From Patescibacteria group bacterium (GTDB taxonomy: Bacteria; Patescibacteriota; Patescibacteriia; UBA9934), in contig JAHILS010000078.1 in the NCBI GenBank assembly GCA_018896835.1, forward strand, positions 1 through 37,328: DNA of 37,328 bases, in the 5' to 3' direction. Positions 8,379 to 18,034 of the stretch are shown piece after piece (position 1 is the stretch's first letter; every line of letters begins with the position of its first letter). Below the pieces are notes generated by a model. It was not told the origin of the DNA. It ran no database searches and saw only the letters and a list, made by a program, of their open reading frames with translations. A program made the translations under genes and the position numbers.

Positions 8379-11300
8379 TTACTCTTCTTCGATTTGCTCT
8401 TCTTGAGGCTCAACGACCTCATCAGATTCTGCAATTTCTTCTTCAATTCTTTCCGACGCCTTATCTTCGACTTCCTCTTCTCGGAAAGTCTTTATTTCCT
8501 CGTCTTCCACATATTCTTCTTCAGGAATTTCTTCAGGCATCTCGATGTAATCTGTGTCATAACCAGTTCCAGCTGGTATTAGACGTCCAATAATCACGTT
8601 TTCTTTCAATCCGCACAAACCATCGATCTTTCCGGTAACAGCCGCGCCAATAAGCACTCTGGCTGTTTCTTGGAACGAAGCAGCTGACAGCCATGACTCT
8701 GTGGAAAGCGAAACCTTTGTTATTCCCAAGAATAAGTCTTCGTACTGAGCTCCCTTTTTCTTTTCTTTGGCAAGTTTTGCATTTTCACGCTCCAAAGTGG
8801 CGCGTTCCAACACCTCACCTGGTAAAAAGTCTGAATCTTTTGGCTCAGTAATTCGTACTCGGCTAAACATTTGTCGACTAATGATCTCAATATGCTTGCT
8901 GTTTAGCTTCTGGCCTTGAGATGCGTAAACCTCGGTAATCTGATTGAGAATGTAAGCCTGTACTGCCTCACGTCCTTTGTACTTAAATAGTGCTTGCAAG
9001 TCCAAATGACCTTCTGTTAATGAATCCCCAGCTAAAACTTCATCACCATCTTTTACATAAAGAGTGTATCCTTGTGGAATTACATATTCTCTTATTTTTG
9101 GCGCATCATGGGTGATCATCAGAGTAGTCTTTTTTGCCAAAACAGTACCATCAACCTCACTAAGAATCTTTTCACCCGATACTGTCTGTCCAATAACGTC
9201 ACCTTTTCGCACAACGTCACCATCTTTGACAAGCAGTTTACCACCACGTCCAACTGCAAAACGCATTTCCTCAACCGCAGTGTAACGCACTCTAATGATT
9301 GTTTGTCCTGGACGAGCGTCAACGATTTTCTTGCCAGTTCCAACTTGCTCAATTGTTCGCTCAGCGCGTTCAATCTGAACTTTACCTGATACTTCGGTCA
9401 TGATTGCTTTTTGTTTTGGTATTCGCGCCTCAAACAATTCTTCAACACGTGGAAGTCCTGAGGTAATATCTTTACCAGCAACTCCTCCGGTGTGGAAAGT
9501 ACGCATAGTCAACTGCGTTCCAGGCTCACCAATTGATTGGGCAGCGATAATACCAACGGCAGTCCCTGATTTTACTGGTTTGTTGTAGGCCAGGTCATAT
9601 CCATAACACTTCTTACATACTCCACCGTATTCTTTACAAGTAAGAATTGAACGGATGTGTGCAACCTCAAGGTCCTTCTTTGCAGTTTGTAATTCTCGTA
9701 TGTGGTCCTCGGTAATAAGCTCACCAGCCTCAACCACTGTCTTGCGTCCGCCTGGCATAATAATCGGCTTCATGGCCGTACGACCCAAAATTCGGTTATA
9801 AATTGTTTCGCCAGTATCAGCCGCGTCTTTGGCAGTAATAACCATTCCCACTTCGTCACCACAGTCTTCACTGCGAACAACCACATCTTGAGCCACGTCA
9901 ACAAGTCGACGAGTAAGATAACCAGCGTTAGCAGTTTTCAAAGCTGTGTCAGTAAGTCCTTTTCGCTGTCCGTGACTGGAGATAAAGAACTCAAGTACGT
10001 CTACTCCTTCTTTGAAGGATGATTTTACTGGCAACTCAATTGTTTCTCCTGATGCCGACGCTTTCAAACCGATCATACCAATCATCTGTGTCATCTGACC
10101 CCAAGATCCACGAGCCCCGGACTCAATCATGGTATGTGCTGAGCTTTGAGCTGGCAATGCTTTTTTGGCAAGTTCCGCAATCCTATCCTTTACCTCAGCC
10201 CAAACTTTGATGATTTGTGTATGGCGTTCACTTTGTGTCAAAAGTCCTTGCGCATAAAACTGTTCAATTTCCGCAACTCTGGTGTTGCCCTCAGCGATTA
10301 TTGCATGCTTCTCATCAATTGATGGCAATTCACTCATTCCCCATGAATAGCCTGACTTTCCAGCGTAGTAAAATCCCATTTCCTTCAGATCATCTAGCAA
10401 CACAGCAGTTTTTTCCGAACCATGGCGTTCAAGAGTTTCGCGAACGATTTCTGCCAATTGCTTCTTGCCCATTGTTTCATTTTTAAATCCAACAAATTCC
10501 GGCAATCTTTCATTAAGCAATATTCGTCCAACTGTGGTGATTAAAAGCTCACTTTTTATGCGAACTCGTATCCATTGGTGAAGCTTAATTTTTCGATTAT
10601 AATACGCATATTTTGCCTGGACATCATCAGCAAAATTCTTCAAATTTGATTCATCAGGCTCGTCTTCAACCATGGAAAGATAGTACGCTCCCCAAGCAAC
10701 ATCTTTTCCAGGAGTTGCAACTGGCCCACCATGTGAAGGCTTGAGCAAGTTATGAGTTGCTAACATGAGCTCTTCTGCCTCTCTCTTTGCCTCTCGTGTT
10801 AGTGGAACGTGGACTGCCATTTGGTCTCCGTCAAAGTCAGCGTTAAACGCATCACAAACCATTGGATGAACCTGGATAGCCTTTCCTTCAATAAGCACTG
10901 GACGAAAAGCTTGAATACCAAGTCTGTGCAAAGTTGGAGCACGGTTTAATAAGACATATGATACAGAAACAACTTCTTCTAAAATATCCCAAACCTCAGG
11001 TCTGTCTGATTCAATAAATCTATTAGCTGACCTAATGTTGTGCACGTATTCTCGGCCAATTAATTTTGAAATTACAAACGGTCGGAAAAGTTCAAGCGCC
11101 ATCTTCTTTGGAATTCCACATTGATCAATGTGTAGGTGTGGCCCAACCACGATGACCGATCGTCCAGAGTAGTCAATTCGTTTTCCAAGCAAGTTTTGTC
11201 GGAATCGACCCTGCTTTCCTTTTAATACGTCGGCTAATGACTTGAGCTGTCGCTTTCGTCCAGTAGCTGCAATGATCGTTTTAGCACTTCGAGCTGAGTT

Positions 11301-12431
11301 ATCAATAAGTGCATCCACTGCTTCTTGCAACATGCGTTTTTCATTTCTAGTAATAACCTCAGGCGCACTAAGTGCGTGCAAACGTTTTAAACGGTTATTT
11401 CGGTTAATAACGCGTCGGTACAAATCATTAAGGTCGCTTGTTGCAAAACGTCCTCCGTCAAGCGCTACCATTGGACGCAAATCTGCTGGGATAATCGGCA
11501 AGGCGCGTAATATCATCCAGTCAGGCTTGATATTATTCTTTTGCAAACTTCTTAAAAGCTTTAGCCGTCGGATGATTCGGTCGTGCTTCGTGCGTGATCG
11601 AGTTGCTTCCAACTCTTCATCAAGCAATTTGATTGTTGCTGGCACGTCAATGCGTTCCAAAAGCTTAAGTATTGCCTCAGCCCCAATTCCAGCGTCAAAA
11701 ATATGTCCAAATTTGATTGACCAATCTTGATAAACTACCTCAGGGATGATCTTCATTACCTTCATTTCCTTAAGGTCTTGATCAACTTGAAGGAAATCTT
11801 CTTCTAGTTCAGCAAGTTTCTGATCAGCAATCTCATCAATCTTTGCTTTTTCTGCTCCAATTGCCTTGGCATCATCCTTAAACTTCTCTGCGACTCGAGA
11901 AATATCACGATTTCTCTCACCTTCAATCATTTTTTTCTTTGACTTGTATTCCAGGTGGACTTGCTCAACTGTTTGCTCAAGCGCAGTTTGATTGACATCA
12001 ATAATAATAAAACTTGAGAAATAAATTACTTTTTCCAAAGCCTGAACGCCAATATCCAATACTGTTCCAATCTTTGAAGGCACGCCTCTTAAAAACCAAA
12101 TGTGAGTTACTGGAGACACAAGGTCAACGTGACCCATTCGCTCTCGACGGACAACTGCTTGGGTAACTTCTACGCCACATTTATCACAAATGATTCCCTT
12201 ATATCGAATTTTCTTATATTTTCCACAATAACATTCCCAGTCTTTTGACGGACCAAAAATCTCTTCTGCAAATAGTCCGTGTTTTTCAGGCTTTTGTGTT
12301 CTATAGTTAATTGTTTCTGGTTTCGTGACCTCACCATATGACCAAAGGCGAATCGCCTCAGGTGATGCTAAACGCATTCGAATGGAGTCAAAGTCCGTAA
12401 CCTTCAATGTATTTTGTTGTTGTAATGACAT
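8379..12431 (-). CDS. rpoC: DNA-directed RNA polymerase subunit beta-prime
   Basis: 1350 aa with the catalytic NADFDGDQMAVHVP motif and an N-terminal zinc motif (CYCGKYKKIRYKGIICDKCG). It has a long acidic C-terminal tail. Confidence 0.98.
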   Translation of the reverse strand: MSLQQQNTLKVTDFDSIRMRLASPEAIRLWSYGEVTKPETINYRTQKPEKHGLFAEEIFGPSKDWECYCGKYKKIRYKGIICDKCGVEVTQAVVRRERMGHVDLVSPVTHIWFLRGVPSKIGTVLDIGVQALEKVIYFSSFIIIDVNQTALEQTVEQVHLEYKSKKKMIEGERNRDISRVAEKFKDDAKAIGAEKAKIDEIADQKLAELEEDFLQVDQDLKEMKVMKIIPEVVYQDWSIKFGHIFDAGIGAEAILKLLERIDVPATIKLLDEELEATRSRTKHDRIIRRLKLLRSLQKNNIKPDWMILRALPIIPADLRPMVALDGGRFATSDLNDLYRRVINRNNRLKRLHALSAPEVITRNEKRMLQEAVDALIDNSARSAKTIIAATGRKRQLKSLADVLKGKQGRFRQNLLGKRIDYSGRSVIVVGPHLHIDQCGIPKKMALELFRPFVISKLIGREYVHNIRSANRFIESDRPEVWDILEEVVSVSYVLLNRAPTLHRLGIQAFRPVLIEGKAIQVHPMVCDAFNADFDGDQMAVHVPLTREAKREAEELMLATHNLLKPSHGGPVATPGKDVAWGAYYLSMVEDEPDESNLKNFADDVQAKYAYYNRKIKLHQWIRVRIKSELLITTVGRILLNERLPEFVGFKNETMGKKQLAEIVRETLERHGSEKTAVLLDDLKEMGFYYAGKSGYSWGMSELPSIDEKHAIIAEGNTRVAEIEQFYAQGLLTQSERHTQIIKVWAEVKDRIAELAKKALPAQSSAHTMIESGARGSWGQMTQMIGMIGLKASASGETIELPVKSSFKEGVDVLEFFISSHGQRKGLTDTALKTANAGYLTRRLVDVAQDVVVRSEDCGDEVGMVITAKDAADTGETIYNRILGRTAMKPIIMPGGRKTVVEAGELITEDHIRELQTAKKDLEVAHIRSILTCKEYGGVCKKCYGYDLAYNKPVKSGTAVGIIAAQSIGEPGTQLTMRTFHTGGVAGKDITSGLPRVEELFEARIPKQKAIMTEVSGKVQIERAERTIEQVGTGKKIVDARPGQTIIRVRYTAVEEMRFAVGRGGKLLVKDGDVVRKGDVIGQTVSGEKILSEVDGTVLAKKTTLMITHDAPKIREYVIPQGYTLYVKDGDEVLAGDSLTEGHLDLQALFKYKGREAVQAYILNQITEVYASQGQKLNSKHIEIISRQMFSRVRITEPKDSDFLPGEVLERATLERENAKLAKEKKKGAQYEDLFLGITKVSLSTESWLSAASFQETARVLIGAAVTGKIDGLCGLKENVIIGRLIPAGTGYDTDYIEMPEEIPEEEYVEDEEIKTFREEEVEDKASERIEEEIAESDEVVEPQEEQIEEE

Positions 12432-12440
12432 ATAGAAAGC

Positions 12441-15400
12441 TTAGCGGTTGTTTTGTGATTTTGTATCCATATCAATTGCCTCTCCATCCTTTAAAAGCTC
12501 TACGTCTAGACAAAGACCTTTAAGCTCTCGGATAAGAACATTGAATGATTCTGGAATATTGACCTTGTGAATTGGCTCGCCCTTAATGATTGACTCGTAT
12601 GCTTTGGAACGACCTAGAATATCATCTGATTTAATGGTCAAAATTTCCTGGAGCGTATGAGCAGCGCCATAGGCTTCAAGTGCCCAAACTTCCATTTCTC
12701 CAAAACGCTGTCCACCAAATTGAGCCTTACCTCCTAAAGGCTGTTGGGTGATGAGCGAGTAAGGACCAATTGATCGTTGGTGCATCTTATCTTCAACCAT
12801 GTGATTGAGCTTAAGCATGTACATGATTCCAACTGTAATCTTGTTATCAAATGCGTCCCCAGAACGACCATCGTGAAGAATCATCTGTCCGCTTTCGTCA
12901 AAGCCTGCTTTGACTAACTCTTCTCTAATAGTTGACTCTGAAATACCAGCGAAAATCGGTGAGGCGACGTGATAGCTAAGTGCGTCAGCTGCAAGACCAA
13001 GGTGAACTTCCAAAATCTGTCCAAGGTTCATACGTGAAACGACTCCAAGTGGAGTGAGGATAACGTCCATTGTTCGACCCTCAAGGGTAAACGGCATGTC
13101 CTCAACCGGAACAACCTTAGAAACAACACCTTTGTTTCCGTGTCGTCCCGCCATTTTGTCACCAACCTGCATTTTTCGCAGATCGGCAATTGTCACTTGA
13201 ATCGATTTAACAACTCCGGCTGGCAAATTGTCACCTTCTTCGCGAGTAAAGATCTTAATATCAACTACCTTGCCCTTATTGCCGTGTTGCATGTACATTG
13301 ATGAATCTCGAACATCGCGCGCTTTTTCTCCAAAGATTGCTCGGAGCAATTTTTCTTCAGCCGAAAGTTCGGTTTCACCTTTTGGAGTAATTTTTCCAAC
13401 TAATATGTCACCTGATTTAACCTCAGCTCCAATGCGGATAATTCCTTCAAGATCAAGATTTTTAAGTTTTTCTTCAGAAACGTTTGGAATGTCAGAAGTT
13501 ATCACCTCAGGTCCAAGCTTTGTATCACGCACATCAAGTGTGTGATGTTCTAAGTGAATTGTAGTAAAACGATCAGCCTGAACAACGCGCTCGGAAAGAA
13601 TAATAGCGTCTTCATAGTTGTAACCGTCCCAACTCATAAATGCCACGAGCATATTTTGACCAAGAGCAAGTTCTCCTTGATCAACTGAAGGTCCGTCAGC
13701 CAAAATGTCTCCGGCACTGACTATTTCTCCTGCTAAAACAACTGGGCGTTGGTTGATTGATGTTGAGTGGTTTGAACGTTGGAATTTATTCAAGATATAA
13801 ACTGCTTCTCCAGACTTCTTGTAATTTACAACGATCTTTCCACCGTCTGCATATGTCACCTCTCCATCTTCTTGCGCTACTAAAACGTGACCAGAGTCAA
13901 CCGCAGCTCGGCGTTCTCGTCCAGTACCAATCCGAGGAGCTTGAGGATTGATTGGAGGAACAGCCTGACGTTGCATGTTTGATCCCATCAAGGCTCGAGT
14001 GGCGTCGTCATGCTCCAAAAATGGAATAAGAGACGTTCCAATTGAAACGATTTGCGCCGATGAAACATCGATATAATTTATTTCTGTTGCCGGAACGAGC
14101 TGCGCATTACCATGCTTTCGCGCCTCAACCATTTCTGTTTGAATGTATCCATCTTCTGTAATTTTAATTGTTGAAGGACATGTCACAGACTTCTCTTCCT
14201 TAAAAGCGTTTACGTATTCAATCTGGTCTGTAATTTTCATTCTGCCGTTTTCATTAACAACCTTACGATAAGGAGTCTCGATAAATCCATACTTATTGAT
14301 GCGAGCATAACTTGCTAGCTGACCAACAAGTCCAATGTTTGGACCTTCAGGAGTTTGCACAGGACAAATGCGTCCATAGTGAGTAGTGTGCACGTCACGA
14401 ACTTCAAATCCAGCGCGCTCACGAGAAAGACCACCCTGTCCAAGAGCTGAAAGTCGTCGCTTGTGCTCTAATTCTGCCAAAGGGTTTGTTTGATCCATGA
14501 ACTGCGAAAGCTGGGACGACATAAAGAACTCTCTTACCGAACCGATGACCGGACGTGCGTTTATCAATCGCCCTGGTGTAATTGATTCAATATCCTGCGT
14601 GCTCATACGATCACGCACAATGCGCTCCATGCGAGCAAGTCCAATACGGAAACGTCCTTGCAAAAGCTCACCCACAGCACGAACTCGACGATTTCCAAGG
14701 TGATCAACGTCATCTGGTTCGCCTTGTGAAATGTTCAATGAAATGATTTCACGAATAATATCAACCAAATCTTCCTTTGTAAGTATTCTTTTTGCTTCAT
14801 CTTGTACGCCAACTTCTGGATTGTCACGGTTAAATCTTGTATTAAATTTATAACGACCAACTGGACCAAGGTCATAGCGATCAAAATTGAAAAACATGGA
14901 ATGAATCAACTGACGAGCGTTGTCCGCGGTTGCCAAGTCACCTGGTCGAATACGCTTATAAACCTCCTTTAAACCTTCTTCTTCGTTTGTGGAAGCATCT
15001 TTGGCAATTGTTGACTCTATGTAATTACTGAGAGGATGGTTGTCCACGTCTTTAAATAAAGATAGTATTTCCTCATCTGTAAAATACCCGAACGATCGCA
15101 AAAGTGCAGTTACTGCGACTTTTCGCTTGCGGTCAATCTTCACCCAAATAACATTTTTCGCATCAGTTTCAAATTCTAGCCATGCGCCTCTATTTGGAAT
15201 AATCTTGGCTCCATAATAACGTCGTCCGCGTACTACTTCGGCTGTGAAAAATGCCCCTGCAGAACGGACAAGCTGTGAAACAACAACTCGTTCCGAGCCG
15301 TTAACAATGAACGTACCTCGGTCAGTCATGACAGGAAGGTCGCCTAAGAAAATTTCTTGCTCTTTAGCTTCCTTAGTTCGTAAATTGGTCAAAATTGCCT

Positions 15401-15677
15401 TAACACGCAACGGAGCCTCATAAGTAATATTCTTATTTTTTGAGGTTTGCTCATCGAATTTTGGCTCGTCTACAAAATACTCGCCAAAAGACAGCTCTAG
15501 ATCCCGTCCAATAAAATCACCAATCGGTGACACCTCACTAAGAAGCTCAGCAATGCCTTCCTTTAAAAACCACTCATATGAGGCTTTTTGCACCTCAATT
15601 AGGTTAGGTAGGTCCATTGCATCCTTAACTTGAGTAAAATACTTGCGCTCACGAACATTAGTTGCGATTTTGGCCAT
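12441..15677 (-). CDS. rpoB: DNA-directed RNA polymerase subunit beta
   Basis: 1078 aa with conserved beta-subunit blocks ([31 protein letters not shown]). It ends 9 nt before the rpoC start. Confidence 0.98.
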   Translation of the reverse strand: MAKIATNVRERKYFTQVKDAMDLPNLIEVQKASYEWFLKEGIAELLSEVSPIGDFIGRDLELSFGEYFVDEPKFDEQTSKNKNITYEAPLRVKAILTNLRTKEAKEQEIFLGDLPVMTDRGTFIVNGSERVVVSQLVRSAGAFFTAEVVRGRRYYGAKIIPNRGAWLEFETDAKNVIWVKIDRKRKVAVTALLRSFGYFTDEEILSLFKDVDNHPLSNYIESTIAKDASTNEEEGLKEVYKRIRPGDLATADNARQLIHSMFFNFDRYDLGPVGRYKFNTRFNRDNPEVGVQDEAKRILTKEDLVDIIREIISLNISQGEPDDVDHLGNRRVRAVGELLQGRFRIGLARMERIVRDRMSTQDIESITPGRLINARPVIGSVREFFMSSQLSQFMDQTNPLAELEHKRRLSALGQGGLSRERAGFEVRDVHTTHYGRICPVQTPEGPNIGLVGQLASYARINKYGFIETPYRKVVNENGRMKITDQIEYVNAFKEEKSVTCPSTIKITEDGYIQTEMVEARKHGNAQLVPATEINYIDVSSAQIVSIGTSLIPFLEHDDATRALMGSNMQRQAVPPINPQAPRIGTGRERRAAVDSGHVLVAQEDGEVTYADGGKIVVNYKKSGEAVYILNKFQRSNHSTSINQRPVVLAGEIVSAGDILADGPSVDQGELALGQNMLVAFMSWDGYNYEDAIILSERVVQADRFTTIHLEHHTLDVRDTKLGPEVITSDIPNVSEEKLKNLDLEGIIRIGAEVKSGDILVGKITPKGETELSAEEKLLRAIFGEKARDVRDSSMYMQHGNKGKVVDIKIFTREEGDNLPAGVVKSIQVTIADLRKMQVGDKMAGRHGNKGVVSKVVPVEDMPFTLEGRTMDVILTPLGVVSRMNLGQILEVHLGLAADALSYHVASPIFAGISESTIREELVKAGFDESGQMILHDGRSGDAFDNKITVGIMYMLKLNHMVEDKMHQRSIGPYSLITQQPLGGKAQFGGQRFGEMEVWALEAYGAAHTLQEILTIKSDDILGRSKAYESIIKGEPIHKVNIPESFNVLIRELKGLCLDVELLKDGEAIDMDTKSQNNR

Positions 15678-15889
15678 ATGCTATAAACAAAAACTGCCTC
15701 ATTACATGGATGAAGCTTATTTAATTTTTTGGTTGTCTATCTCTAAGCACCACAAAAAGTGACTTGTAGCGGTTAGAGGAAGGTGTTTTGGGGGTCACCT
15801 GCTCGTTTCTTATGGGTGAATTTAGGTAATCTTAGCCCCTTTTACTTTGTAATGTGGGCTGCTTTATTACCCTGCCATAAAGCGTCGCA

Positions 15890-15919
15890 ATTATAGCAGA
15901 CACTCTATGCATTGGTCAA
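15890..15919 (-). promoter_or_regulatory. Putative sigma70 promoter for rpoBC, giving a leader of about 200 nt
   Basis: Minus strand reads TTGACC (15919..15914), an 18-nt spacer, then TATAAT (15895..15890). The rpoB ATG is at 15677. Confidence 0.5.
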
Positions 15920-15927
15920 ATAAAACC

Positions 15928-15987
15928 GGGGTCAGGGCTCTAACTTTGAATTTTTTATGAATTATTCAAAGTTAGAGCCCTGACCCC
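15928..15987 (-). terminator. Very long perfect hairpin (24-bp stem), terminator-like on the minus strand
   Basis: GGGGTCAGGGCTCTAACTTTGAAT (15928-15951) pairs perfectly with ATTCAAAGTTAGAGCCCTGACCCC (15964-15987). On the minus strand the stem is followed by GGTTTTATTTG. Confidence 0.6.
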
Positions 15988-15996
15988 AAAATATAT

Positions 15997-16145
15997 TTGT
16001 TCTGTAAGAACTGCAGGGAAAAGACTTGAAGAAACCAGGCCAATGCTTGCGAACATGAAGAGAGAGATCCTTGCAAGAAGCAAGGTGTTCGGACGTTGAT
16101 CTGGGATATTTAGCTTATCCCCGCAGTTTTTACAGAACAGATTAC
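15997..16145 (-). ncRNA. Candidate structured sRNA (rod-like; 6S RNA is one possibility) between recA and rpoB
   Basis: It has its own promoter (16152-16180) and its own terminator (15928-15987). A closing helix of about 20 bp pairs 16119-16140 with 15997-16018. Internal hairpin CCTTGC-ttctt-GCAAGG and CGAACA/TGTTCG pairing flank large internal loops. There is no credible ORF. Confidence 0.35.
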
Positions 16146-16151
16146 AAAAAG

Positions 16152-16180
16152 AGTATATCCAAATTCATAATTTATGACAA
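16152..16180 (-). promoter_or_regulatory. Putative sigma70 promoter of the candidate sRNA
   Basis: Minus strand reads TTGTCA (16180..16175), a 17-nt spacer, then TATACT (16157..16152). It lies just downstream of the recA terminator. Confidence 0.45.
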
Positions 16181-16194
16181 CCTAAAAACTAATC

Positions 16195-16228
16195 AAAAAC
16201 CCCACATTTTAATGTCTAGTGGGGTTTT
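16195..16228 (-). terminator. Rho-independent terminator of recA
   Basis: Minus strand reads AAAACCCCAC-loop-GTGGGGTTTTT. It begins about 12 nt after the recA stop (16240). Confidence 0.7.
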
Positions 16229-16239
16229 GTGTCTGTTAA

Positions 16240-17244
16240 TCAAGCTTCCTTCATCTTTTCTTCTGTACTCTTTCGAATATCGGCAAAGGATTTTTTATTA
16301 TCCATTAAGTATCGACGCGCCACTTCACGACCGACTCCAAGCTTTTCTTCGCCAAACAAATAGGTATTGCCACGTTTTTCTATTGTTCCAACTTGCACTC
16401 CAACGTCGAGCAAGTCTCCTGACGTTGAAATTCCTTCATTATACATAATGTCAAACTCGCAAGTTCTAAAAGGAGGAGCGACCTTATTTTTTACAATTTT
16501 TGCCTTTACACGATTTCCAATAATCTGCTCACCCTGTTTAATCTGCGCAGCTCGACGGACCTCGATACGTAATGATGAGTAAAATTTAAGTGCATTTCCA
16601 CCAGACGTTGTTTCTGGATTTCCAAACATGACGCCGATCTTATGACGTATTTGGTTAATGAAAATAACAGTAGTATGTGATTTGGAAACAATTCCCGCCA
16701 GCTTGCGAAGTGCCTGGCTCATCAATCTTGCCTGTAGGCCGATATGTTGATCACCCATATCACCTTCAATTTCCGCCCGCGGGGTCAAAGCAGCTACCGA
16801 ATCAATAACAATAACATCAACCGCACTTGATCTCACGAGCGTATCAACTATCTCGAGCGCTTGTTCGCCATTATCTGGCTGTGAAATAAATAACTCTTCG
16901 ATGTTTACTCCAATTTTTTCCGCATACTCTGGGTCAAGTGCATGTTCTGCGTCCACAAAGGCTGCCACTCCGCCCAACCTTTGAGCCTCGGCCACAATAT
17001 GCTGAGCTAACGTTGTTTTACCGGACGATTCTGGTCCGTATATTTCAATAATTCTTCCTCGAGGAACGCCACCAACACCAAGGGCGATGTCCAATGACAA
17101 GCATCCTGTGGATATTGATTCGATTTGCATAGCTTTGGCCTCACCAAGACGCATGATTGAACCTTCACCAAAACGTTGTTTAATTTGAGATATGGCGTCG
17201 TCTGCCGCCTGGAACCTTGCTTTTTGTTCGTCTACTTTTGACAT
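16240..17244 (-). CDS. recA: Recombinase A
   Basis: 334 aa with Walker [12 protein letters not shown] and L1/L2 loop blocks ([28 protein letters not shown]). Confidence 0.98.
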   Translation of the reverse strand: MSKVDEQKARFQAADDAISQIKQRFGEGSIMRLGEAKAMQIESISTGCLSLDIALGVGGVPRGRIIEIYGPESSGKTTLAQHIVAEAQRLGGVAAFVDAEHALDPEYAEKIGVNIEELFISQPDNGEQALEIVDTLVRSSAVDVIVIDSVAALTPRAEIEGDMGDQHIGLQARLMSQALRKLAGIVSKSHTTVIFINQIRHKIGVMFGNPETTSGGNALKFYSSLRIEVRRAAQIKQGEQIIGNRVKAKIVKNKVAPPFRTCEFDIMYNEGISTSGDLLDVGVQVGTIEKRGNTYLFGEEKLGVGREVARRYLMDNKKSFADIRKSTEEKMKEA

Positions 17245-17327
17245 ATAAATAAGTGATTAATAAGGAGCACCTCTGGGAATAGAAAAAGGACCCGACTCTT
17301 ACGCGTCCTCCTCATCTATATTGTACC

Positions 17328-18032
17328 CTATTGTTCAAGATAACTCACCTGAGTTATCCACGGTTCTGGATCAAAGACCACAGATCGCTGTATAACTGAC
17401 TTTCTTGAATATCTACGCTCTGCCTCTATCACTAGAGTATTCAATCCTTCTCGCAAGTCAACATAGGCATTAAAGGTTCTATTTTCATCCACAACGATTG
17501 GCTCGCCATTAACATAAACACTTGCTTCGCCCTCAACAATTCCTCTTACATTAAGCTGTGCTTCGTGGGTTAATGAGTCATTTGCCGGCGAAAGTAAAAT
17601 TACTTTTGGAGATTGAATGATTGAAAAAACCTGCCAGCCGATGTAGGCGAAAACTCCAACCAGCAAACAGCCAATACCGCTAAATCTTAAAAAATGATTC
17701 CACACAAAAAACTTTTTTCGCTCTACTCTTTGCCTTGGCGATCGCATCGGACCAATTAAATCACACGCCCCACACTCTTCCTCGTAAAGCTCCAAAAAAT
17801 ATGTTTCGTCAGCGCCCAAAGCACGAGCGTATGCTCTGATAAAATTTCTGGCATAAATCGGTTCTGGCAAATCTTCAAACCTTCCCTGTTCCAATGCTTC
17901 TAAATATTTTTTTTGAATGTGGGTTTCGCGCTCCATCATCTTCAAACTAACCGCCTTGCCACGCCGAAGTGCTCGCAACTTTTTTGCAAGCGTCTGTGGT
18001 TCACAGTCTAATTTTCGCATGACAAAAACCAT
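17328..18032 (-). CDS. RodZ-like helix-turn-helix membrane protein
   Basis: 234 aa. An N-terminal HTH block (LRALRRGKAVSLKMMERETHIQKKYLEALEQGRFEDLP...ARNFIRAYARALG) is followed by one TM helix and a C-terminal beta-rich domain. The start may be the ATG at 18020. Confidence 0.6.
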   Translation of the reverse strand: MVFVMRKLDCEPQTLAKKLRALRRGKAVSLKMMERETHIQKKYLEALEQGRFEDLPEPIYARNFIRAYARALGADETYFLELYEEECGACDLIGPMRSPRQRVERKKFFVWNHFLRFSGIGCLLVGVFAYIGWQVFSIIQSPKVILLSPANDSLTHEAQLNVRGIVEGEASVYVNGEPIVVDENRTFNAYVDLREGLNTLVIEAERRYSRKSVIQRSVVFDPEPWITQVSYLEQ

Positions 18033-18034
18033 AA

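Noticed and set aside
1430-15677. Many 60-160-aa plus-strand ORFs inside uvrA, uvrB, rpoC and rpoB (e.g. 2141-2584, 11242-11730)
   Set aside because: All are antisense to long, motif-rich conserved genes. The 2141-2584 ORF looks protein-like only because it reads the palindromic uvrA insert.
16071-16448. 125-aa plus-strand ORF spanning the recA-rpoB intergenic region
   Set aside because: Its 3' end (from 16240) runs antisense into recA. It has no SD and no motifs, and its 5' part coincides with the structured sRNA candidate.
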